Below, piece after piece: positions 52,283 to 64,000 of a stretch of 64,000 nucleotides of DNA. Position numbers and translations under genes: made by a program. This DNA is from Octopus vulgaris (taxonomy: Eukaryota). The stretch spans positions 131,006,001-131,070,000 of the forward strand of contig OX597815.1 in the NCBI GenBank assembly GCA_951406725.2, given 5' to 3'. The notes beneath the pieces are model-generated. The model made no database searches. It saw only the letters and a list, made by a program, of their open reading frames with translations, and was not told the origin of the DNA. Positions within the stretch are counted from its first letter, which is position 1; each line of letters starts with the position of its first letter.

Positions 52283-54030
52283 TAGCAGGTATACCTGGCA
52301 TTGCCCAGGGCTGTTTGTTAAGTATGTGTATTTGGTTATTAGACCATTTACAGATGCACCTCTAAACTGAATGAAAGAAATCATAATGGCAGATGTTCTC
52401 TGCATTGTTTGATTTATTTAGCACAATAGTGAACATGCAGAGTCATATGCCCATACCATTGTCATTGTTTTCCATTGGGACAGTATATCAATCTGTAAAA
52501 GCCAGCAGTAATTGAGTTTATTTTCCTTACCACATAACTGCTGACATGTGCTGTTTAGCAGATGGAAAGGTTGAGCCTAAAGATATAACATAAAGAGAAA
52601 TAGTATGTTTTCCTGCTGTTTTGCTGGGTTGCACATACAACATTATCTGAACAAAAAATTTGACGTGTGGCCTGTGCAAAAAAGATGAAAAATATATCTA
52701 TTGCCTACCTCACAATTGGGGGCACTTAACAGAGAGCATACTGTGAAGATTATGCTCATGAAATAAATAAGGTGACGAGGGTATGGTTACATGATGTTTT
52801 CTTGTTTGTCGCATAAAGCAACATCCGTTGTTGTCTTTCCCCTGTAGTCTCTGTAGCACACACAGCAGCAGTTGCTGCAGCATCTCTTGTAAGTCGATCT
52901 GCATGTTGTGCTGCAGTCTCTGCAGCTCATGCAGCAGCAGTTGAGGAAGCATCTCTTGTAAGTCGATCTACGCATTGTGCTGCAGTCTCTGAATCTCGTG
53001 CAGCAGCAGTAGAGAAAGCATTTCTTGTTCAGTGTGCTGAACGTTGCTCGTTGCTCTGGGTGGCTTTTGTGCAGCAATATGTGCTAACCGATCACAATGC
53101 TGCTCTTCACTTTCCTTTCTTCATGCTGAAGCCATCCTAAGTGCATTGTGAGAGTTCCTCCTGGCAGCGTCCTCAGAAGATTCATTTGTGTGCATACATT
53201 TACTTTTCTTTAGAACATTTGTTTGCCGACCTATATTGGATCTTTTGCATCAAGGCATGATGGAAAATTATCAGTTTATGCAATAGAAAAATCCCTAAGG
53301 AAAAAGCGGTGAATGTGTAGCACCCAAGAAATAATAAAATGTAGTTGTCAAAAATGTTAATGAAACAGACCGAATTAAAGATTTTTAATTTTGGGTAAGA
53401 GTTTTGAAGTGGTTAGTTTAAATTGGAATAATTATATGAAAAAGAGCGCTCATGCGAAAACGGAAGCAAATCGTAACTTGCAAATGAATACTGCTGGCAG
53501 TACTGGGCAAGCAGTTGATAAAAGCTCACCACAGCTGACAAAGTAAAGTATTGATTTTTACCAGCTGTGTGTGTGTCAGGTTTTTCGCTGGCTCAAGTCA
53601 AATCCTAGGTGAATAAAGTGTAGTCCATTTATGTTGGGGGCATGGAATTGCAAGGAAAAATTTATAAGAAAAAGCGTCCTAAGTTAAAGAGAGTTCACAT
53701 GTCAAATTTGGTGAAATTCAGTTGCAAATTGTAAGAGTAGAAGTAGTAACACACACACAGACAGACAGACAACTTGCCTTTTAATATATAAGATCAAACG
53801 CTTACCATTGCATAGACGTCGTGGGTTCATATCCTAGGCGAATTGAGAGTAGTCTATTTATATTGGGGGTGCAGAATTTCGAGGAAAAAATTATAAGAAA
53901 AAGCGTCCTAAGTCAAAGAGAGCACACATGTCAAATTTGGCAAAATTCGGTTGAAAATTGTAGGAGTAGAAGTGGTTCATACAACACACACAGAGACAGA
54001 CAGACAACTTGCCTTTTTATATATAAGCTA
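52283..54030 (-). mobile_element. Helitron deletion derivative retaining RepHel N-terminus; duplicated 5' end
   Basis: 3' hairpin CCTGGGCAATGCCAGG then CTAG|T; 5' A|TCTTATATATTAAAAGG at ~53793 and a second 5' end at ~54030; decayed MP*CKRSNIGRQT...ESEEQHCDRL repeats from ~53258. Confidence 0.85.
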
Positions 54031-54554
54031 TATATACATGCATATATGGGTACAGGATGTCACCAACAGTAAACAACATGAAATACGAAAACAAATAAGT
54101 TCAATATGCAAACAACGAGAGAAACAAAAGAAAAACAGGACAAGTAACATAAAGAATAACCCTTCAACAGTTGTCGGCTGTCTATCTATTCCTCATTTCG
54201 AGCATTGAATGACAATATGAGTCTTCGAAGACAGTTGCTCCCATAAGTACCAAAATAAAATTTGGGATTTATGGAGGGTCAAAGTTGGGAACAAAAACAG
54301 GACAGTGGAGACATACAAGGAAACTGGTTTTATATTGCTCATCAAACTGAGAGCTAAAAGATAAATGTTCTTCAACTCTCAGCTTGATGAGCAATGTGAA
54401 ACTGCTCCTTACATCAATTATGTTGAAAGAACAAAACCTTATTTTGTACAAAATTGTATATCTTTATTATCATGGCTCTAATATACTCTTAAATCCTGCA
54501 AAACAAATCTTCTGTGGTTTTACATTTTTTCTCTTTCCCCACAAAAATATTTTC

Positions 54555-54603
<49 letters not shown>

Positions 54604-54642
54604 TGTATATGTATATATACGTATGCATGTATATATATATAT

Positions 54643-55176
54643 AACGGGAAGCTTTATGAAAATAAACAAAAGACGAAGGCAGGTGGAAAACAAACGAACA
54701 ATTGTATTAGTATGGCGCTCAGGAAATATAAATAAAACAAGTCTTTAACGTTTCGAGCCTACGCTCTTCAACAGAAAGATACACAGAGAGAGAAAAACAC
54801 AGAAAGAAGGAGAGAAAAATGCGTGCAGTAGCTAACGAATCAACATGGCGATCTGATTTCGGCCAGAGGTCAAAGATCAAACATGAGACGCGAGAGCGAA
54901 ATAAGGGGAGATAATAGGGTTGAGGGACCAGCTAAAAGTGCGTGGGAGGGGTCTGGATGTGTATGTATAGGGTTGGTGTATGTATTAGTATGTATATGGG
55001 TGTGTGTGTGTGTGTGTGTGTGTATGAGAGAGTATCAGTGCGTGGGATTGGTCTGGACGTGCGTATGTATGGGGTTGGTGTATGTATTAGTATGTATTAG
55101 TATGTATTAGTACGTATTGGTATGTATAGGTGTGTGTGTGTGTGTGTGGAGAGTATAAGTGCGTATGCGGGTCTGG
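54643..55176 (-). mobile_element. Family H Penelope-derived element with ~42-bp flanking duplication
   Basis: 54601-54642 repeated at 55177-55218; hammerhead at 54742-54779. Confidence 0.75.
54742..54779 (-). ncRNA. Minimal type I hammerhead motif, variant core CUGUUGA
   Basis: TCTTT CTGTTGA A GAGC GTAG GCTC GAAAC GT T AAAGA; perfect stem I and stem II. Confidence 0.72.
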
Positions 55177-55261
55177 ACATGTATATGTATATATACGTAT
55201 GCATGTATATATATATATATATGTATGTATATATATATATCTCTATATATATTTATGTCAA

Positions 55262-55795
55262 GTCACTTTCGAATGCTACTGGTAACATGTAACCCAGTAC
55301 AACCTGTTGCATGGTTGGGTCGTTGGCGACTAAACTGGCAACCCCACCAAGCTTGCTTGGTGAGGAGGGTGTTTATTGGGCACCCTGCGAGATGAAAAAC
55401 AAAACCCGTCAAAGGGCGGAGGAATTCTTGAGAGTCAATGGCCATCCAATAAATGTCTTAAGGCTGTTTCATGCATGGGGACATAGAAATAATCGGATTG
55501 AATACCCGATCGCGCTGTTAAACCATTGGGAATGAAGGGCTCCTAGCCTTTGTTAGGGCATCCTTCTAGGAGAAGGCAACTCAGGTAACTGGGATAACTC
55601 CAACAATCAGTGGTTACCGATGATGTTGACTTGTTCTTCTTTTCGGATTATGGCTGCTGTTGCTTAGTGAGTGGGATTGACACAGTGCATAGCCTTTCCT
55701 CACTATAAAAAACATCTTCTTGCACAGGCATTGCACAATAACAACATTGATTAAGCTTCGTGCAATGGCCATACTCAATAACGAGGGGGCAGCCA

Positions 55796-55799
<4 letters not shown>
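55262..55799 (+). mobile_element. Hairpin-rich element resembling an RTE 5' UTR
   Basis: AGGGCATCCTTCTAGGAGAAGGCAACTC motif; several short hairpins; flanked by (TA)n. Confidence 0.5.
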
Positions 55800-55843
<44 letters not shown>

Positions 55844-56401
55844 GTATGTGTATATATATATATATACATATATAAATATATATATATATGTATGTATGTA
55901 TGTATATGTATGTGTATGTATACACACACATATATATACCTTTAATATTATTGATTGGTAATGACCCAATGGAGTAACCTCCACATGGTCATATGCTCTG
56001 TGAAAAATACCTGCCAAATCTACTGCAGATCATTCTGTACCATCTTAGAAGAGGACATCACACTGAATTATGTAATTCATAGTTCTAGTTACATTATGCT
56101 TGAAAACAGAAAGAGATGGTCTTAGTCTGCTCAATCAAATCTGACCCATGAATAAACAACAGTAACAATGACAACAAGGTAAATGATAAAAAAGAAAAAA
56201 AAAGTTGTGAAGCAAGACTGTGCAGTGCTGAGATAATTGGAAAAGTATTGTAGCATAGAAATAAATTTCTCTCAAGTGAAGTGTAAGATCCAGTACCAGT
56301 TTCTGATTGAAGACATTTCATTTCATATATGTTGTTAACAGTTAAAAGACTAGCCAGCAGGTGACATAGCATTTGCTGCTTACCTGTATAAATTCCATAC
56401 C

Positions 56402-56489
<88 letters not shown>

Positions 56490-58231
56490 CCTACATGCAC
56501 ATATATACACATATACATATATATGTATTCAAATGTGTGTGTATATTCATATATGTATATATGTAAAAATGAGAGAAATCAATACTGTCACAATTGAAGT
56601 TAAAAGAAGAAAAATAAAATAAAGATGCTGAAATTTCAGTGTAGGATATGATTTTATGATTTCAGACATATCTAATTTAACTTGGGGGTAGGTATGTAGG
56701 AAGGAAGTGTTAGAGGAGTACCTGATAATAGCTGGTTAGATAATAGAAGATCAAAAAGTAGTTTGAGTAAAATGAAAGTATTTTGTAATTTCACAATCAT
56801 GTATGCACCTTAAAAAAATTTGTTATTGCAGACTGCTTTCTCTTATCTTGCTGTTTTCTATTAGATTATCTATGGAACATTAGGTACTGAATATTGTAAG
56901 AGAACATTATAGACATGTTTGAATATATTTAGTTATTATGATAATATTATAAAATACCAGAGTAGTATGAAATGAAAAATATAAAAAAAAAAAAAAAACC
57001 AAAGAAAAGCAGTGAAACGGAATTGTAAAATAAAGCATTTAAAGTTTTGAGTTAATATTAATGTAATAGTAAGTAGTAGGTTATGCCAATGAAATTCACT
57101 GGAAAATTCAGTTTTTATGTGGTTATCAGTGAAAAATGAATGTAGTCGGTGGCTCGGTGCATTTTGGTGTTTGAATGATAGTAAGACGTCATCAACTTGA
57201 ATGTAGTTGTGTTTTAAAATCAATATATATACTCTCAAGTACTATAGCATAGTAACTGTTAAGTGAATTACAAAAAAACAGTTTATAAAAAAAAAAAAAG
57301 AAAATGAACTGAGAAACCTATTGTAGTAACAATAAACATTGGAAAGGCTATAGTGTAAGAGTTAATGAAGATAACATTTGATGATAAATTACATTATTCC
57401 TCTAGTAGATACTATGCTCTGATAGTGTCTAAAATTGTTTTCTGTTGACATTTTCATTTCAAATCATTTCCTACCATCTGTAATATTTACAACCTTCTCA
57501 CAGTTTTGTTTTCTTGCAATACTAAATGTGTGTTCATCTGGTTTCCATTCTAAGATTATCCTCTTTGTTCATTTTCTTTTGCTTACAACACTTCTCAGTA
57601 TGACTTCCTTGCATGCTTATATCAAGCATCATCACTAACTGGTTATGGAAACACTAAATCACAGGAAATGTAACATTAAGCATGCAGTACAGTTGTAGAT
57701 TGAGTTTTATTATTATTAGCTGTTTGGTTTATGGGAGCCAAACCATATTCAAGACATTGTAATTCATTCTTGATATGGAGAATAAAATAACATTTCAAGG
57801 TGGTGCTACAAGAATGCCATTGAACTTTAAATGGCTAAAGAAGATTATGTTGGATAAGCTATTATATATGGCCATTTCAGAAAACTAGTTTGAATAAAGT
57901 CATGCTGGAAAAATAATCCCATAAATTATGACAATAATTTGTTTTCTATGAATGCTATAAAGATCAATTTCACCTCACAAAAAGAGACCTTGTTAGAGAG
58001 AATTTGTTCTGGAATATTGGTGAAATATTCAGCCGAATCAAAGCAAAATGAATAAGATTTATGGCTAAATATAACCTCTCTGTAATGTGGTTTATGTGTG
58101 TGCAAATATGTGTGTGAGAGAGTGTGTGCATGTGCATACATACATACATATATATACAAAGACAAATATACATGTGTATGTTTGTGTATACATATAAATA
58201 TATAGGTCTATATATACGTATACATACATAA

Positions 58232-58261
<30 letters not shown>

Positions 58262-58275
<14 letters not shown>

Positions 58276-59029
58276 AAAACTGAAATGCGTTTTTACCGCT
58301 TGGCTCGGTTTCAATGCCACTACATTCCGTCCGATTCGCTCCAAAATTTACAGGGACATGTAAAATGAGGTGACGATGCCCGTGGGCTACCTTAGAAATC
58401 CCTATCTTAAAAGGTGTGGTTGCTAGGGGCCATCTTCCTCACTCACGCTATTTCCTCCATTCCCCTCTAACTCCCCTTCATTTATAACTTTGACAAGTCC
58501 ACTCCTTATTTAATGTATCTGTCTTCCTCAACTCACTCTCGCTATTTCCTCTCTTCCCAGCACATTTTCACTCACTCTATTTCTTACCTTCCCATAACTT
58601 TCACTTATGTATATGTCTGCATTCATAGAGAGAAACAAATATTCCATCGCCATCGCCATCGCATTCTATTGTCTACCTGTCAACGTGCCGATCGACCAAA
58701 TACAAACAGAACACACCAACCAACGTTCGTGTTCTGGTGATAACATAGGTTTTTTGTATATATTACATTTTAACATTTATTTAGAACCCTGCAAATTTTT
58801 CGTGCTAAATTTTCATTTTTTACTACTTTATTATTTTTTCTTAAATTGATGCTTTTATTAAAATTAATTCTAATTGTCTGGGTCAACAGTTCGTTTCCTC
58901 GGAGGATATGGAAATTCTTATTACCCGTCAGAGAAATAACTCCAGCAGCTCACAACTATTTCAACAAAGACAAGGTTACCTGCTTACCAGTCGAATTCAG
59001 CGTCAATGCTCACGTATGAGAGAGACTCC

Positions 59030-59071
<42 letters not shown>

Positions 59072-59881
59072 CATATATATATATATATAATGTGTGCATT
59101 ATGTGGTTGGTTGAGCTGAAAATATGCACACCTATGTTAAAAGTGCTGGTGAGTTTGCATGACAACTATTTTTTTCCTCAAATGAAAGGCGTGACCTCTA
59201 GGACAAAATTCCTCATCTTATAAAATGTGGCCCCAGTAGACCCGAATGAAATCGGGTTATATTGACCAAAATGTGAAAAGGGGTCTAAATGGGGCTTGAA
59301 GGAGATTAAAATTTAAAGGAGCGGGTGTTTAGCAATTCTGTTACATCAAGCTAAAAAATTTGCGCCAGCCTTTTAATCGTCAATGTGTTGCCATCCATGA
59401 TGAAGAAGTTTTGAATGCTTGCCATGGTGAGTCTTCTGTCGTGAGAAAGAATCAATTCAAAACTTGGTGTTTAGGGATTTTCTTTTACATCAAGTTCAAA
59501 ATTTTACGCCAGCCGTTAAACTGTCAATATGTTGCTGTCCGTCGTTAAGAAATGCCAGCCATGGTGACTCTACTATCCTCAAATTCTATCTCTTCAAACT
59601 TTGGTTTCCAATATTTTATTATTTTTATTCAGCTCGCAAGTTCGTCTATCCTTTTTAAATGTTAGTGTTTTGCTGTCTGCCTTGAAGCAGACCTTTCCGT
59701 TGTTACTGCCTGATATTTATTATTGATCTTTCTAAATATTTTATTTCTCAACTTACTCAAGATCTTTTGTTGTTTATAAATGGGAGAGAGATAGATAAAG
59801 ATAGAGAGTAAGAGAAAGCGAGGGAGAGTCCGAGAGAAAGGAAGAGTAACAGAGTGGAAAAGTGAGAGAGAAAGGAGGGAG

Positions 59882-59912
<31 letters not shown>

Positions 59913-60281
59913 GTTTAAAGTCTGTTTTCCGTGCTAGCATGGGTTGGACAATTTGACCGAGGTCTGGGAAGCCAGGAGGCTGCACCAGGCTCCAGTCTGA
60001 TCTGGCAATGTTTCTACAGGTGGATGCCCTTCCTTACAGGTGGACGCCAACCACTCTGTGAGCGTAGTGGGTGCTTTTTTTGTGCCGCCGGCACCGGTGC
60101 CAAGGAGGCTGGCAGCGGCCACGATCGGTTGGTGCTTTTTACGTGCCACCAGCACAGAAGCCAGTCAAGGCGGCACTGCAATCTGCCACATTCGGATGGT
60201 GCTTTTTACGTGCTGAAAGGAACCAACAGGAAGTAACAACCACACTCTTACCCGCGCGTAGAGCGGGTCACCTTCAGCTAG
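58262..60281 (+). mobile_element. Non-autonomous Helitron with nested RTE-tail SINE (59884-60215, -)
   Basis: 3' hairpin ACCCGC-GCGTAGA-GCGGGT then CTAG|T at 60278-60282; 5' end merges into (TA)n. Confidence 0.75.
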
Positions 60282-60315
<34 letters not shown>

Positions 60316-60716
60316 TGCAGATGTATATTTATCATATATTTTATGTGTATTTGTGTGTGTGTGTGCATACATACACACACATATATATACAAAGACAAGT
60401 ATACATGTATATGTTTGTGTATACATATAAATATATGTCTATATATACACATACATACATAAGTATATATATATATACATGAATATACACACATGTATAT
60501 TTATCATATATTTTATGTGCATGTGTGTGTGTGTGAGTGCATGTGCATACATACACACATATATATATACAAAGACAAATATACATGAGTTTGTGTATAC
60601 ATATAAATATACATGTCTATATAGTTGGAATTTACCCCAAAAAAGAACAAAAGATGAAAACAGGTGTATAAACAACAAAAAGTTGTATTAGTTTAATGTT
60701 CAGGAAGGTGAGAAAG

Positions 60717-60754
60717 TCTTTTACGTTTTGAGCCTATGCACTTCAACAGAAAGG
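60717..60754 (-). ncRNA. Third CUGUUGA hammerhead copy (degenerate)
   Basis: CCTTT CTGTTGA A GTGC ATAG GCTC AAAAC GTA AAAGA, inside family H element 60620-60780. Confidence 0.6.
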
Positions 60755-60872
60755 AATAAGAAAAAATAAACAGAGGGAAAATATATATATATATATACAT
60801 ACATATGCATGTATATGTTTGTGTATACATATAAAGATATATGTCTATATATACGCATACAGGCATAAGTAT

Positions 60873-61810
<938 letters not shown>

Positions 61811-61822
61811 TATATATATATA

Positions 61823-61966
61823 TTACCCATTTACAACTAAATAACTCAAACAACGTCAAATGAAGGGTTTTGCTCAAGAACACGATGCACCACTTGGTCT
61901 GGAAACCAAACTCATGATCTGGCATGGCTTACACACACATAAAATATATGATAAATATATGCGTGC

Positions 61967-62009
<43 letters not shown>

Positions 62010-62010
62010 C

Positions 62011-62041
<31 letters not shown>

Positions 62042-62055
62042 TGCACACATATTTT

Positions 62056-62101
<46 letters not shown>

Positions 62102-62238
62102 TATATTTATCATATATTTTATGTGTGTGTAAGCCATGCCAGATCATGAGTTTGGTTTCCAGACCGAGTGGTGCATCGTGTTCTTGAGCAAAACCCTTCA
62201 TTTGACATTGTTTGAGTTATTTAGTTGTAAATGGGTAA
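61823..62238. repeat. Local inverted duplication, ~140-bp arms plus microsatellite spacer
   Basis: Arms nearly identical (2 mismatches seen by eye, both CpG-type); contain a degenerate SINE B. Confidence 0.92.
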
Positions 62239-62574
62239 CCTTGTGAGTGGATTTGCTTGATGGAAACTGGAGGAAGGCCATCATATGTATATATATATAT
62301 ATATATATATGTATATCTATGTGTGTGTGTCTTTGTGTCTGTGTTTGTCCCCATTACAACTTGACAACTAGTGTTGGTGTGTTTCTGTCCCTGTAACTTA
62401 GCAGTTTGGCAAAAGGGAATAACAGAATAAGTTCCAGGCTTAAAAGAAAGTACTCCAGCAAGTCCACAGTAAAATGACTGAGACAAGTAAAATAATAAGA
62501 GAATAAAAGAATATATATGTGTGTGTGTGTGTGTAAGAATTTACAATAAGGGAATAAGAAATTATGACATGGAC

Positions 62575-63222
62575 TTCCAAACCTTTGACGATGTGCTCTG
62601 CTTAAGAGGGCCCATCCAACCAAGTGCACTCGTGCTGGTAGCACGTAAAAAATCAACCTTTCAACATTGTGCCTCATGGAGGCAAAGTGGCAGAGTTCCT
62701 TTTGAGAGTTGGGCCTCATGGAGACATAGTGGTTGAGTTCCTTTTGAGCATTGGGCCTCATGGAGGCAAAGTGGCTGAGTTCCCTTCGAATGTTTGGCCT
62801 CACAGAGCTGAGGTGACTGAGTTCCTTTCAGGTGAGCCTCACGGAGGCAAGGTGGCTGAGTTCCTTTCAAGAGTTGGGCCTCATGGAAGGTAAGTGGCTG
62901 AGTTCCTTTTGAGAATTGGGCCTTATGGAGGCAATGACAGAGGCCTTTGGCATTATGTCATGCTTGAGAAGAAGACCCATGAAGCCAAGCAAAATTGCAG
63001 TCATGGCAGATACCAGTCCCACTGAAATTGCACTCATGCCAGTGGCAAATAAAAGCCCCCATTACACCCTCAAAGTGGTTGGCGTTAGGAAGGGCATCCA
63101 GTCATAGAAAACCATGCCAAATTCAACTGGATCCGAGCGCAGCCTTCCAACATGACAGCCTAGTCAAACCATCTAACCCATATCAGCATGGAAAACTGAT
63201 GTTAAATGATGATGATGATGAC
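62575..63222 (+). mobile_element. RTE-tail SINE with ~42-bp tandem repeats (62672-62935)
   Basis: GCCTCATGGAGGCAAAGTGGCTGAGTTCC units; GGTTGGCGTTAGGAAGGGCATCCAG...(GAT)n tail. Confidence 0.85.
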
Positions 63223-63714
63223 TTCATTAACTTATTGCTGTTTCTGCTATAAGATGCAATTCATATGTGAATGCTTGTATATTACACTATTGCTTCATCA
63301 GTGCTTCAAAAATGCAGTGCAATTTTATTTGGGAATGCATCTACATTTAAACATATATATATACACAGAAAAGCATTACCAACGAAAAAAAATGTAAGTA
63401 ATGCTTTTCTGTGTATATGTATATAAATGTAATTACTTTCCCAAATATGATTGTATTTAATAATTCTTTTTCACTAATCAGCTTTATCGAGGCATATGAA
63501 TCATAATAGCAAATTGATTCACACCCAATATAAGACTTTGTGTAAATACTTGAGTTTAAATACTGTCTATATGCAGCATAACTCTAATTCAATTTGTTAA
63601 AATTCAATAATCTTCCTTAGTCTTTTGAGTAAGGAATGAAATTGCTATCTCTTCCTTGCTGTCAGTAATTCTAATATCAGGAAGAAACACACTCTGTAAT
63701 AGCTTTTTACTTAC

Positions 63715-63862
63715 AAATATTGAATGTGTTAATTTACAAATATTCACTTTATGCATTGTTACATGTTCTTATTAGTCTGGAAATTAATTTAAATTCAAAT
63801 TTAAAATGATTGCATTTTGTTTTTGCCCTCTCCTTGTACACAGCTAACAAACTGACAAAAGA
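63715..63862 (-). other. Candidate non-coding exon of a minus-strand host gene
   Basis: Long T-rich tract ending TTGTTTCTGTAG| and donor TTT|GTAAGT 148 nt downstream. Confidence 0.3.
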
Positions 63863-64000
63863 CTACAGAAACAAAATCAAACATAAAACAAAAACAAAAA
63901 AGCAAAAAAAAAAAAAAAACCAAACAAAAACTGCCAAATGAAATGTTTTCATAAATCTCTCTTACCTTTCTCTTTGCTAAAATATTTCCTCTCTCCATAA

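Noticed and set aside
52787-53077. Cys-rich metallothionein/toxin-like ORF
   Set aside because: Alternate reading frame of Helitron N-terminal repeats.
62672-62935. CRISPR-like ~42-bp repeat array
   Set aside because: Units are contiguous degenerate tandem repeats without unique spacers, inside a SINE; no cas genes; eukaryotic context.

Overview
AT-rich, microsatellite-dense metazoan DNA with no intact protein-coding gene. The repeat complement (tRNA-derived SINEs, RTE, R4/Dong, CR1, Tx1, Penelope-like elements, Helitrons, mariner/hAT MITEs and long (TA)n/(CATA)n arrays) is what I would expect of an octopus/coleoid genome; this is inference, not a database result. Almost all ORFs in the track are microsatellite artefacts. 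Real coding remnants are all transposon-derived, apart from one unidentified decayed ORF with a 109-codon internal repeat (~25.5-26.0 kb). One near full-length U2 snRNA pseudogene is present. The most notable signal is a set of type I hammerhead-ribozyme motifs in Penelope-derived pieces. One family has a shared non-canonical core (CUGUUGA) in three copies; several others have very long stem II insertions. Other notable structures: a U2 copy abutting a Dong/R4-type element in a TAA array, a (CATA)n-targeting R4/Dong LINE, a foldback made of two mariner 3' ends, deeply nested palindromic MITEs, Helitrons with tandem 5' termini and several local inverted duplications. Coordinates of decayed elements are approximate and were read by eye.
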